Part shown: piece by piece, positions 19,507 through 28,626 of the stretch
Numbering within the stretch: position 1 is the stretch's first letter
Layout of the letters: the number at the start of each line of letters is the position of its first letter
Origin: Nitrososphaeraceae archaeon
GTDB lineage: Archaea; Thermoproteota; Nitrososphaeria; Nitrososphaerales; Nitrososphaeraceae
DNA length: 64,000 bases
NCBI GenBank assembly: GCA_036557405.1
Contig: DATBHO010000089.1
Location: 1,991 to 65,990 of the forward strand
Direction of reading: 5' to 3'
Position numbers and translations under genes: made by a program
The notes under the pieces: model-generated
Seen by the model: only the letters and a program-made list of their open reading frames with translations
Told to the model about the DNA's origin: nothing
Database searches by the model: none

Positions 19507-19702
19507 GAAAAATAGAATTCGTGTTTGCATAAAAACATTATGCATAAAATCTTTATTTAAACAAGATAATCTGCGATTTTTACGCTGAGTAGGAAAACTA
19601 TATATCATTTGACCTGCTAAGCTAGCATTTCTCTAAATCCGAGATAATGTATGTATCGTCTTCGTATTTTTCTTAATCATTGATTTTCATTAATATTGAA
19701 AA

Positions 19703-19712
19703 TTTATAAATA
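19703..19712 (+). promoter_or_regulatory. TATA box upstream of mdh (leaderless-type spacing)
   Basis: TTTATAAATA lies 34 nt upstream of the ATG at 19737. Confidence 0.4.
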
Positions 19713-19736
19713 ATCATAAAGTGCGTTGTTTCTGAA

Positions 19737-20651
19737 ATGAAAATTACAGTAATAGGAGCTGGCAAAGTGGGTTCTTCTGTGGCTCTAAATTGCTCAATTA
19801 GAGAACTAGGCAATATTTTATTGCTTGATATAATTGAAGGTTTACCACAAGGAGAAGCAATGGACATTAACCATCAACTGGCGGAGCGAGGTGTAGACTG
19901 CGATGTACGTGGTTCTAATAACTATGAAGACATGAAAGGATCAGAGTTTGTAATTGTAGTAGCAGGAATAGGAAGAAAACCCGGAATGACTCGTATGGAT
20001 TTGCTGAAAACAAATGCTGAGATAGTAAAGGGAGTGTGCAATAATATCAAGAGCTATGCTCGAAACTCAAATATAATAGTAGTAACGAATCCACTAGACC
20101 CATTGACATACCTTGTAATTAAGTCACTAGCAGGTCAAAGAGCCAACATGATGGGTATGGGCGGAATGTTAGATCTATCGCGATTTAAAGAGCATATCAG
20201 CACAATTACTGGGATATCTAGAGACTCAGTTCAAGCGATGGTAATAAGCGAACACGGAGAGAACATGTTGCCACTTATTAGATTTTCAAGTTTGGGCGGG
20301 ATACCGTTAACTGATTTCATAACGAGAGAACAATCGGAAGATCTCATCAACAAGACAAAAAAGGCAGCTGCTGAAGTAATTTCACTAAAAGGTGCGACAG
20401 TCTATGCTCCCGGAAATGCAGTTGCAACCATGGTTGAGAGTATCATAAGAAACAAAAAAACAATATTGCCAGTATCAGCTTTACTTGAAGGTGAATATGG
20501 TTACAGCGATGTATGTATAGGTGTACCATGTGTGATTGGAAGTGAAGGAATTGAGAAAATAGTTGAACTAAAATTAAATGAAGATGAAATGAAAGTCTTT
20601 GACCTTGGAGTTAGCAGTGTCAAGAATGCAATTAAAAGCATGTCGATATGA
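19737..20651 (+). CDS. mdh: malate dehydrogenase (LDH-like family)
   Basis: MKITVIGAGKVGSS Rossmann start, GIGRKPGMTRMDLL substrate loop (Arg present) and the SEHG catalytic His region. Confidence 0.85.
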   Translation: MKITVIGAGKVGSSVALNCSIRELGNILLLDIIEGLPQGEAMDINHQLAERGVDCDVRGSNNYEDMKGSEFVIVVAGIGRKPGMTRMDLLKTNAEIVKGVCNNIKSYARNSNIIVVTNPLDPLTYLVIKSLAGQRANMMGMGGMLDLSRFKEHISTITGISRDSVQAMVISEHGENMLPLIRFSSLGGIPLTDFITREQSEDLINKTKKAAAEVISLKGATVYAPGNAVATMVESIIRNKKTILPVSALLEGEYGYSDVCIGVPCVIGSEGIEKIVELKLNEDEMKVFDLGVSSVKNAIKSMSI

Positions 20652-20686
20652 AGTATAGATCGAAGTCAAAATTCTAATTGAAGTAA

Positions 20687-21478
20687 ATGGAGATTAGAAA
20701 AATATTAGAAAAGCTGGCAAAGCGCGAAATATCTATTACTGCTGCTGAACAAGAATTAAGAATTTATTCAGTTGAATACGTAGAAAAAAATCTAGCAAAA
20801 ATTGATCCCCTTCGTGAGATGAGGAGCGGAATACCTGAAGTGATTTTTGCGCAAGGGAAAGAGTATAAAGATCTTTTAAGAATTATTACAGCTACGCTTC
20901 ACAAGAAAAAATTTGCGGTTATAAGTAAAGTTAGTATAGATTATAAGGATAGATTATGTAAAAATTTTGCAAAGAAAAATTTTAAGGTTTTTAATGGTAT
21001 CAATACAATGTTGATTTCTGCGAATTCCTACAAGTTTCCTAAGAGGGATGGTAAAGTCGGTATACTTTGCGCCGGAACTTCTGATATTAAAATAGCTGAA
21101 GAGGCAAAAATCATGGCAGAGGTAATGGGAAGTAAGACTGTTATAGAATATGATGTTGGAATTTCAGGCGTTCATAGAACGCTGAAAGCCGTAGTGAAGA
21201 TGATAAATGCTAAAGTCCACATAATAATTGTAATAGCCGGCATGGAAGGGGCATTGGGTTCTTTTGTTTCTTCAGTTATAGATATACCTGTAGTAGGGGT
21301 TCCAACTTCAACAGGATATGGGTATGGTTCCAATGGCATTGCAGCCTTGGCTTCAATGCTTCAGTCATGTACTATGGGAATGACAGTGGTTAATATTGAT
21401 AACGGGATAGGGGCAGGGGCCTTTGCCGCTATGGTAGCAAATAAGATGTCAGCTGCTGACATGACGAAATCGATATAA
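20687..21478 (+). CDS. larB: PurE-like carboxylase/hydrolase LarB family (nickel-pincer nucleotide cofactor biosynthesis)
   Basis: N-terminal helical extension, SGIPEVIFAQGK, and an AIR-carboxylase-like domain (GILCAGTSD...IAGMEGALGS). Confidence 0.7.
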   Translation: MEIRKILEKLAKREISITAAEQELRIYSVEYVEKNLAKIDPLREMRSGIPEVIFAQGKEYKDLLRIITATLHKKKFAVISKVSIDYKDRLCKNFAKKNFKVFNGINTMLISANSYKFPKRDGKVGILCAGTSDIKIAEEAKIMAEVMGSKTVIEYDVGISGVHRTLKAVVKMINAKVHIIIVIAGMEGALGSFVSSVIDIPVVGVPTSTGYGYGSNGIAALASMLQSCTMGMTVVNIDNGIGAGAFAAMVANKMSAADMTKSI

Positions 21479-21526
21479 TGATTTATAAGTAATTCATATT
21501 CTTGTCAAAATTATAAATAGGATACA

Positions 21527-22186
21527 ATGGTGAATTTTCAGTTTATGGTTTACAATTCCACATTCAGGAGGATAAGAGAAGGAAAAACAAATTACAGGAA
21601 GCGAGAAAAATTATTAATGGGTAGAAAGGATTTTGTAACAGTTAATGTCACTAATCAAAATGTTACAGCGCAATTAATAAGACCAAATCTCCAAGGAGAC
21701 ATGGTAATGGCCTCTGTACATAGTAACGAATTATTATCATTTGGCTGGAAAGGATCTCGGAAAAATATACCTTCATGTTATCTAGTTGGGCTCCTATTAG
21801 GAAAAAAATGTTTAAAGAAAAAACTAAGCAGTGCAATATTATATATCGGCAAAAGGCACTTTACGACAAAAATTGCAGCATGTTTGAAGGGGTTGTCCGA
21901 GGCTGGATTAGAATTGCCTTTTCCAGAAAATATTATTCCCTCAGAACAAAGGATTCAAGGTAGTCACATAGCAGAATATGCAAATAATCTAAAAACAAAT
22001 GATACACTTTACAAATCGAGATTTTCTTCAAACTTAGGTTTAGGACTCGAACCAGAAAAATATAGTAGTCATTTTTCAGAAGTAAAGGATAGAATTGTAA
22101 ACGAGATAAGTGAAAAAAAATCGGAGAAACAGCCTAACCATGTGACTAAGTCTAAATCGTCTAGAAAGAAAGGGGACTCGAAATGA
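21527..22186 (+). CDS. rpl18: 50S ribosomal protein L18 (L5e)
   Basis: FRRIREGKTNYRKREKLL motif. First gene of the L18-S5-L30-L15-secY block. Confidence 0.85.
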   Translation: MVNFQFMVYNSTFRRIREGKTNYRKREKLLMGRKDFVTVNVTNQNVTAQLIRPNLQGDMVMASVHSNELLSFGWKGSRKNIPSCYLVGLLLGKKCLKKKLSSAILYIGKRHFTTKIAACLKGLSEAGLELPFPENIIPSEQRIQGSHIAEYANNLKTNDTLYKSRFSSNLGLGLEPEKYSSHFSEVKDRIVNEISEKKSEKQPNHVTKSKSSRKKGDSK

Positions 22187-22800
22187 GTAGTTCTAAAAAT
22201 AGTGATCAAGCAACGGTATGGAAGCCTCGAACGGCCTTAGGCCAGATGGTAATTGAAAATAAAATTAGTTCAATGGAACAAATTTATGAAAACGGCTTCC
22301 GTATACAAGAATCCGAAATAGTAAAGCACCTTTTGCCAGATATGAAGAGTCAAGTAGTACACGTTGGCATAGTGCAAAAGCAAACCGATGCGGGAGAGAT
22401 GACCAGGTTTAGTGCGCTAGTTGCTGTAGGGAATGAGGCAGGATGGTTTGGTATAGGTATGGGCAAAGCTTCTCAAATGAGAATTGCAATTGATAAGGCA
22501 ACAATAAATTCATACCTCAATATAATCCCCGTGAAATTGGGTTGTGGCAGTTGGGAATGCCGGTGCACGCAGCTTCACTCCGTACCTTTCAATGTTCGAG
22601 GAAGAGGAGGGAGTGTGAAAGTAGAAATTCTTCCAGGACCACGAGGATTAGGTCTTGTAGCAGGAGAAAACATAAAAAATCTATTAAAGCTCGCTGGTAT
22701 TAAAGATGCATGGACAAAAACATTCGGATCTACTAATACTATGACTTCCACTGCGATGGCTATATTTAATGCATTAAACTCAACTTACATTACAGGATGA
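22183..22800 (+). CDS. rps5: 30S ribosomal protein S5
   Basis: S5 dsRBD and C-terminal domain (VGNEAGWFGIGMGKA...RGGSVKVEILPGPRGLGLVAG). ATGA overlap with rpl18. Confidence 0.9.
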   Translation: MSSSKNSDQATVWKPRTALGQMVIENKISSMEQIYENGFRIQESEIVKHLLPDMKSQVVHVGIVQKQTDAGEMTRFSALVAVGNEAGWFGIGMGKASQMRIAIDKATINSYLNIIPVKLGCGSWECRCTQLHSVPFNVRGRGGSVKVEILPGPRGLGLVAGENIKNLLKLAGIKDAWTKTFGSTNTMTSTAMAIFNALNSTYITG

Positions 22801-22803
22801 AAA

Positions 22804-23271
22804 ATGGCGTTATTAGTGGTTAGGGTGAGAGGAACGGTAAATGTACCGTATTGGGCTGTCACTACGCTAAAGAATCTTTACTTGAACAAAAAATTTTCAG
22901 CTACTCTGGTGCCAGAAACCTCAGAATATTTAGGAATGTTAAGAAAAATTAGTCAATGGGTAGCATGGTCAAAAGCAGATCGTGAAATTGTAAAAACATT
23001 AATTGAAAATAGGGGCAAAAACAAGAATCCAGGATCAGCTTCACTAAAAAAGACGGGCAATAGCAAAGAAGACTACAGGGGCATTGATGAATTGGTTGAT
23101 GTTATAGTAAATGATAAAATAAAATTTTCCGAGCAAAATAATGTTAAACCCTGGTTCAGTTTGAATTCACCGAAGGGGGGCTTTAAGAAGAGCATCAAAA
23201 GACAGTTCTCAGATGGAGGTACACTTGGCAATAACAAAGACTTGCTTGAAATTGTAAAAAAAATGATATAG
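22804..23271 (+). CDS. rpl30: 50S ribosomal protein L30 (L7e)
   Basis: LLVVRVRGTVNVP...TLKNLYLNK, with the position conserved in the cluster. Confidence 0.85.
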   Translation: MALLVVRVRGTVNVPYWAVTTLKNLYLNKKFSATLVPETSEYLGMLRKISQWVAWSKADREIVKTLIENRGKNKNPGSASLKKTGNSKEDYRGIDELVDVIVNDKIKFSEQNNVKPWFSLNSPKGGFKKSIKRQFSDGGTLGNNKDLLEIVKKMI

Positions 23272-23344
23272 CTTGATTGAACAAGTAATGAGTTTTACAT
23301 TTATATTTACAGATAATCTTTTGATTGTATAAGGTTTATTAAAG

Positions 23345-23779
23345 ATGGCCACCAGATTGAGAAAAAGTCGAAGACATCGCGGTTCAAGATATTGTGGGTG
23401 GGGTCAAATAGGCCAGCACAGACAATCTGGTAGTCGGGGAGGAATCGGTGGAGCTGGAAAACATAAGCACTTTTGGATTCGAACAGTAATCGAAGAGCCA
23501 GATCACTTTGGGCATGATACACTTAATTCTTATAGCCGATTCTTAGTCAAAAAATGGATAAATTTAAGAGATCTTGCAAATATCGCACTTAGAATCAATG
23601 GGAAAAATGACGCAAAGACAGTTCTAGATCTTGGCTCATTAGGGATTCAAAAACTCTTGGGTGGCGGGACTATAAGTGAAAGTTATGTAATTAAAGTATC
23701 ACAAGCATCTGCAGCTGCTAAAAAGAAAATTGAGTCTGCAGGGGGTAGTATAATATCAAATGAGCACAGTGCACAATGA
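23345..23779 (+). CDS. rpl15: 50S ribosomal protein L15 (L27Ae)
   Basis: RKSRRHRGSRYCGWGQIGQHRQSGSRGGIGGAGKHKH is a typical L15 N-terminus. Confidence 0.9.
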   Translation: MATRLRKSRRHRGSRYCGWGQIGQHRQSGSRGGIGGAGKHKHFWIRTVIEEPDHFGHDTLNSYSRFLVKKWINLRDLANIALRINGKNDAKTVLDLGSLGIQKLLGGGTISESYVIKVSQASAAAKKKIESAGGSIISNEHSAQ

Positions 23780-25190
23780 AAGTCTAGTCAGATCATTCGT
23801 TAAAACGGTATCATCATATATACCTCAAGTCGAGAAACCTAAAAAGAAAATTGGATTAAGTGAGAAATTCATTTGGTGCGGAATTGCACTTTTTGCTTAT
23901 CTTGTTATGGGTCAAATTCCGCTATATGGTGTAACAGATTCACCTAAATTTGATTTCCTAGCATTTGCTAGGGTCATATTTGCAGCACAACAAGGTACGT
24001 TGCTGGAGTTGGGTATTGGACCAATCGTTACTGCTGGCTTGTTAATGCAGTTGTTAAAAGGTTCTGAGTTGATAAAATTGAATTTCAAAGATCCTGATGA
24101 TCGTTCTCTCTTTACGTCTGCAACAAAGATAGTTACTATTATTGTTATTGTCGCAGAAGGATCATTGTATGGTGTTAGTGTTTACGGCCACCTGCTTGCC
24201 AGTCCGAGTTTTATTCCTATATTGGTTGCGCAACTGGTTGGCTCAAGTCTTATTGTAATGTACCTTGATGAAACGATTCAAAAAGGGTGGGGTCTTGGGT
24301 CTGGCATAAGTCTGTTTATAATGGCAGGGGTTGCCCAAGGGATTATGTGGAGTATTTTTAGCCCGATACCTGCTCAGGATGGACCAGTAGGAGTAATACC
24401 GTACATTATACATTCAGCTGCACAAGGCGACATGTCGAATGTATTATTTAGAACCGGACAGCTTCCAAGCATATTTGGTCTAATAGTTACTTCTTTGGTT
24501 TTGTTGGCTCTGGTATATGTGCAGGGTATTCATGTGGATATACCTATTGTATCAACTAAGTATAGAGGATTTACTGCTGTATATCCTATAAAGTTGCTGT
24601 ACACGTCTAATATTCCTGTTATTTTGGCGTCGGCGCTATTGGCAAACGCCGTTTTTATAGGTCAGATGTTATGGGCAAACTATAATCCTGAAAATGCAAA
24701 TCCAGTGTTTAACTATATTGCTCAGTTTGATCCTCAAAGCTCCCAGTCTCCGACTGGAGGAATATTGTATTACATTACTGCTCCAAGAACGTTCGAACAC
24801 GCACTTCAGGATCCGCTCAGAACTGTAGTTTATGTTATTTTTTGGACGGGGATAGTTACAGTATTTGGACGTTTATGGGTGGAACTGGGAGGTTTATCCC
24901 CTAAATCAGCGGCGAAGAATTTATTGGATGCTGATGTACAGGTTCCCGGTTTTAGAAGAACTCAGAGTTCTGTTCAAACTTTGCTGAATAAATATATTCC
25001 AGCAGTTACAATAGCAGGGGGGATAATCATAGGGCTTTTGGCAGCAGTCTCAAATGTACTAAGTGTGTTTGGTACGGGGATTGGGATATTGCTTATGGTG
25101 GATATTTTGGTTAATTATTATAACCTACTCATCCGCGAACAAGTGGATGTTCACATGCCTAAACTGGCGTCACTCCTTGGAAGAACCTAG
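23760..25190 (+). CDS. secY: preprotein translocase subunit SecY
   Basis: 476-aa protein with ten TM helices and SecY/Sec61alpha signatures (GIGPIVTAGLLMQLL, LDETIQKGWGLGSGISLFI). Confidence 0.95.
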   Translation: MSTVHNESLVRSFVKTVSSYIPQVEKPKKKIGLSEKFIWCGIALFAYLVMGQIPLYGVTDSPKFDFLAFARVIFAAQQGTLLELGIGPIVTAGLLMQLLKGSELIKLNFKDPDDRSLFTSATKIVTIIVIVAEGSLYGVSVYGHLLASPSFIPILVAQLVGSSLIVMYLDETIQKGWGLGSGISLFIMAGVAQGIMWSIFSPIPAQDGPVGVIPYIIHSAAQGDMSNVLFRTGQLPSIFGLIVTSLVLLALVYVQGIHVDIPIVSTKYRGFTAVYPIKLLYTSNIPVILASALLANAVFIGQMLWANYNPENANPVFNYIAQFDPQSSQSPTGGILYYITAPRTFEHALQDPLRTVVYVIFWTGIVTVFGRLWVELGGLSPKSAAKNLLDADVQVPGFRRTQSSVQTLLNKYIPAVTIAGGIIIGLLAAVSNVLSVFGTGIGILLMVDILVNYYNLLIREQVDVHMPKLASLLGRT

Positions 25191-25767
25191 AAAAAAAATA
25201 GTTGTGATAGTTGGAGTTCCTGGAGTAGGAAAGAGTACTATTATATCTAATGCCACACAGACGTTGAAAAATATGGGAACGACTGTACGGACTGTAGTTT
25301 TTGGGTCTGTTATGTTTGAGGAAGCAAAAAAATTGGGAATAAATGATAGAGATGAGTTAAGAAAACTTTCAATAGATTTGCAACAAAAATTACAAACTAA
25401 GGCAGCTAATTATATTTCTAGGTTAAAAGAGTCTACGGTAATTGTTGATACGCATCTTTTTATTAAGACCGCATCGGGTTACTACCCTGGATTACCGATG
25501 AATTTGATTTTGAAACTGAAGCCTGACAGACTGGTCCTAGTAACTGCAAATTCGGAAGAGATTCTGAAAAGGAGAAAAAGCGACAATACACGATCTAGAG
25601 ATATAATTTCTGATAACGATATTAAGATGGACATAGATGTTTCGTTGTCAATCATTTCATCACTTTCTATTTTAACAGGAGCCCCATTTGAGATTATTTA
25701 TAATCATGACAATATGATCGACTCTGCTACATCACATGTGGTCGAATTACTCAAAAAATCTGCTTGA
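25147..25767 (+). CDS. adkA: adenylate kinase (archaeal type)
   Basis: VVIVGVPGVGKST P-loop. The start is ambiguous: ATG at 25147, or an in-frame TTG at 25177 that overlaps the secY stop. The ORF-track start at 25063 lies inside secY and is unlikely. Confidence 0.8.
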   Translation: MFTCLNWRHSLEEPRKKIVVIVGVPGVGKSTIISNATQTLKNMGTTVRTVVFGSVMFEEAKKLGINDRDELRKLSIDLQQKLQTKAANYISRLKESTVIVDTHLFIKTASGYYPGLPMNLILKLKPDRLVLVTANSEEILKRRKSDNTRSRDIISDNDIKMDIDVSLSIISSLSILTGAPFEIIYNHDNMIDSATSHVVELLKKSA

Positions 25768-25802
25768 TGAACATAAGTTCAAAAGTTGCATATATATGAA
25801 TA

Positions 25803-26423
25803 TTGGTTGATAATATAACAAATCAAGTGACAAGAAAATTGAAATTTAATAATATACAGGATATTAGCGTAGTTATATCGGGAAGTGCAGCTGTTGGCAA
25901 AACTACATTGGCGCAGGCTCTTTCAAAAGAATTTGGCTTTAAATTGTACAACGGAGGAGATATTTTAAAGGAAATAGCAAGACAACAAGGATACACAGTA
26001 TCAGGAAATGATTGGTGGGATTCTGAAGAGGCAATTGGGTTTATGAAAGAACGAAAAAAGAATCCTTTATTTGACAGACAAGTGGATAAAAAATTACTCG
26101 ATATTACTAAGCAGGGGAACGTTATTATTACTAGTCACACTCTTCCTTGGTTGTCATGTGATCCAATAACCTTTTGGCTTAGCGCATCTCAGCAGAAAAG
26201 ATCTGAAAGAATGTCAAAACGTGACCAGATCTCTTTGTCAGATGCTTTACGCATTGTGAAGATGAGAGATAGGGAAAATAATAAAATCTACAAGAAAGTT
26301 TATGGCTGTGAATTTGGAGAAAGCTTAGAGGTTTTCGATTTCATGATAAATACTGAAATTCTTACGCTCAGTTCACTAGTCTATTTGTGTAAGGAAATTA
26401 TAAAAAACATGAAAGTTCAGTAA
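25803..26423 (+). CDS. cmk: cytidylate kinase (archaeal type)
   Basis: VISGSAAVGKTTLAQ P-loop with an archaeal cmk-like layout. TTG start. Position after adk is conserved. Confidence 0.75.
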   Translation: MVDNITNQVTRKLKFNNIQDISVVISGSAAVGKTTLAQALSKEFGFKLYNGGDILKEIARQQGYTVSGNDWWDSEEAIGFMKERKKNPLFDRQVDKKLLDITKQGNVIITSHTLPWLSCDPITFWLSASQQKRSERMSKRDQISLSDALRIVKMRDRENNKIYKKVYGCEFGESLEVFDFMINTEILTLSSLVYLCKEIIKNMKVQ

Positions 26424-26439
26424 TATAATATGACATACC

Positions 26440-27435
26440 ATGACATTAAAACTTGATACTTTAGAGATCATAAATGATGATGTTACTAACAATAAGTATG
26501 GACATTACCATAATAATAGACCATTGGATGTCCTTTTAGATTATGGGATTATCTTATTAGATAAGCCTTCAGGACCAACTAGCCATGAATTAGTTGCTTG
26601 GACAAAGAAAATTCTAGGAATTGCCAAGGCAGGTCATAGCGGTACCCTTGATCCTGGTACTACTGGTCTATTGCCAATAGGATTGGGAGATGCAACCAAA
26701 GCGCTATCAATACTTCTATTAGGTCCAAAGGAATATTACGCTGTAGCAAGAGTTCATCAACAAAAAGACCTATCTCAAATTGACGGCGTATTTCGAGAAT
26801 TTACAGGAGAAATTTACCAAAGACCTCCTCAGAGGTCATCTGTAAAGAGAGCAACTCGTGTTAGAAGAATATACGAATTACAGAGACTAGAGAGTGTGGA
26901 TAACTTGTTACTTATTCGAGTGCTATGTGAGGCAGGAACTTACATTAGAAAACTTGTTTATGATATAGGGGAGGTACTTGGAACAGGGGCAACAATGTTT
27001 GAATTGAGGAGAACAAGAGTGAGTGTCTTTTCAGAAACTAGTGACAAATTAGTTAGGTTACATGATTTGGTTGATGCTATGGAGACATATAAAGAGACAA
27101 AACAGGAAGAAAAAATTCGCTCTATTATTAAACCAATTGAAATGGCACTTGAAGGAGTTGCTTCTGTTGCAGTAAAAGACTCTGCGGTTGATGCACTCTG
27201 TCATGGCGCACAAGTAGCGATTCCCGGAATTGTGGCTATTGACAAGACTATAACTAGAGGGGATAAAGTTGTAATCTACTCATTAAAAGGTGAAATTATT
27301 GCTCTGAGTGAAGCGATTATGAGTGCGGAAGAAATTAGACAAAATGACAAGGGTATAGCATTCAATATTCATAGATTGATAATGAAACCTAATACTTATC
27401 CACGTGCTTGGAAGTCAAATAAAAAGCTGGAATGA
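26440..27435 (+). CDS. truB: tRNA/rRNA pseudouridine synthase Cbf5 (H/ACA RNP catalytic subunit)
   Basis: TruB catalytic motif HSGTLDPGTTGLLPIG plus a C-terminal PUA domain. Confidence 0.9.
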   Translation: MTLKLDTLEIINDDVTNNKYGHYHNNRPLDVLLDYGIILLDKPSGPTSHELVAWTKKILGIAKAGHSGTLDPGTTGLLPIGLGDATKALSILLLGPKEYYAVARVHQQKDLSQIDGVFREFTGEIYQRPPQRSSVKRATRVRRIYELQRLESVDNLLLIRVLCEAGTYIRKLVYDIGEVLGTGATMFELRRTRVSVFSETSDKLVRLHDLVDAMETYKETKQEEKIRSIIKPIEMALEGVASVAVKDSAVDALCHGAQVAIPGIVAIDKTITRGDKVVIYSLKGEIIALSEAIMSAEEIRQNDKGIAFNIHRLIMKPNTYPRAWKSNKKLE

Positions 27436-27531
27436 AAAACTAAAAAATTGAATTTCTGTGCTCTCGAATTGTTTATTGTTAAATATTGCGTAGATTGATA
27501 TTCTGTCCTTTATGATGAATGATTATTCGTT

Positions 27532-28449
27532 CTAGCCGCCATCTTCAGGATTATTGTTCCTATCTTTTGAATCAGTAGAGTTAAGCATACTGGTAACGTT
27601 AGTATTGTTTAGAGATTCTTCTCCTCCTGATTGTTTTTGTTTACCAATAATAGTAGTAGTCTCTTCTCCTCCTGATTGTTTTTGTTCTTCTCCTGTCTGA
27701 GCTGATTTTTCTCCACCCGTAGCATTAGTCATGTTAGTGGCTTCAGGTGTTCCTGCTAGAGCTTGTTCTTCTGCCCCAGTCTTGGCTTGTTCTTTTTCGC
27801 CTTCAGATTGTTTTTGCTGTTCCCTTGTCTGACCTGGAGTTTCTCCACTTGTAGCATTGGTAGCATTAGTCGCTATGCCTTTAGTTGCATTTGTAACAGG
27901 CTCATCTTCATCCTCTTGGCCACCTGTAGCATTGGCTACAGCTGAGTCCACTGATTCAATTTTTTTAATATCTTGTGGGGATGCAACTTCAAGAATTGAT
28001 TTATTATCATTAGATTTCCCAGATGTTATATTTTCTAATACGTCAGCCGGAGCAAGTCCTATTCCTGTACTATTTTTCAGGTCTTCGTCAACATGTTTTA
28101 TAATCTTTGTAGCGTTTGCTGGGAGTATCTGTAATATTTCAGTTCTATTGGTAATTGAGAGTGGATCAGTATCAGGATCCTTAATGGGATTTTCTTTTGG
28201 TAAATCTTGTACTTTAATTGCGTCCGATGGCGGAGGAGGAGGAACAGCTCCATCTTCAGATTTTGGAACAAAAAGAGGTTTTGCTCCATCAAATAATGGC
28301 ACTTCTGTCCCAGTTGCATTTGTCGAATTTGCACCTTGAGCAAAAACCTGAATCGATGTTGGATGCATGATAACCATTGTTGACACTAGTATCAATAAAA
28401 CTACAAAACCGTACTTTAGCAATTTCATTTCGAGACAACCATTTAACAT
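27532..28449 (-). CDS. secreted acidic low-complexity protein rich in N-x-S/T sequons
   Basis: N-terminal hydrophobic signal-like segment (KLLKYGFVVLLILVSTMVIMHP...VFAQG). At least 15 N-x-S/T sites, a PPPPPSD stretch and repeated QKQSGGEE units. The likely start is the internal ATG at 28428. Confidence 0.6.
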   Translation of the reverse strand: MLNGCLEMKLLKYGFVVLLILVSTMVIMHPTSIQVFAQGANSTNATGTEVPLFDGAKPLFVPKSEDGAVPPPPPSDAIKVQDLPKENPIKDPDTDPLSITNRTEILQILPANATKIIKHVDEDLKNSTGIGLAPADVLENITSGKSNDNKSILEVASPQDIKKIESVDSAVANATGGQEDEDEPVTNATKGIATNATNATSGETPGQTREQQKQSEGEKEQAKTGAEEQALAGTPEATNMTNATGGEKSAQTGEEQKQSGGEETTTIIGKQKQSGGEESLNNTNVTSMLNSTDSKDRNNNPEDGG

Positions 28450-28626
28450 GTTAACGATAATTTAAACAATACTAATAAGATTTATGGATTTGGAAAATAT
28501 ATCGAGTCCCTAGAATGTATCTACACAAGAATTGAATAAAAAGTTGTTTAAGATAGAAATCTTATTATAAATGAAATTTTGCGACCAATAAAAAAATACG
28601 ATCTCACTAAAAAATATTTAGAAATC

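Noticed and set aside
25063-25146. Upstream extension of the adenylate kinase ORF into secY
   Set aside because: The translation (MCLVRGLGYCLWWIFWLIIITYSSANKW) is an out-of-frame reading of the SecY C-terminus. The P-loop begins about 15 residues after the ATG at 25147 or the TTG at 25177.
27857-28339. 160-codon plus-strand ORF (plus ORFs at 27763-27945 and 28098-28343) inside the sequon-rich gene
   Set aside because: These are antisense or alternate-frame ORFs across a low-complexity repeat region. Their translations are S/F/G-rich nonsense without signal or motif, whereas the minus-strand frame has a signal peptide and coherent repeats.
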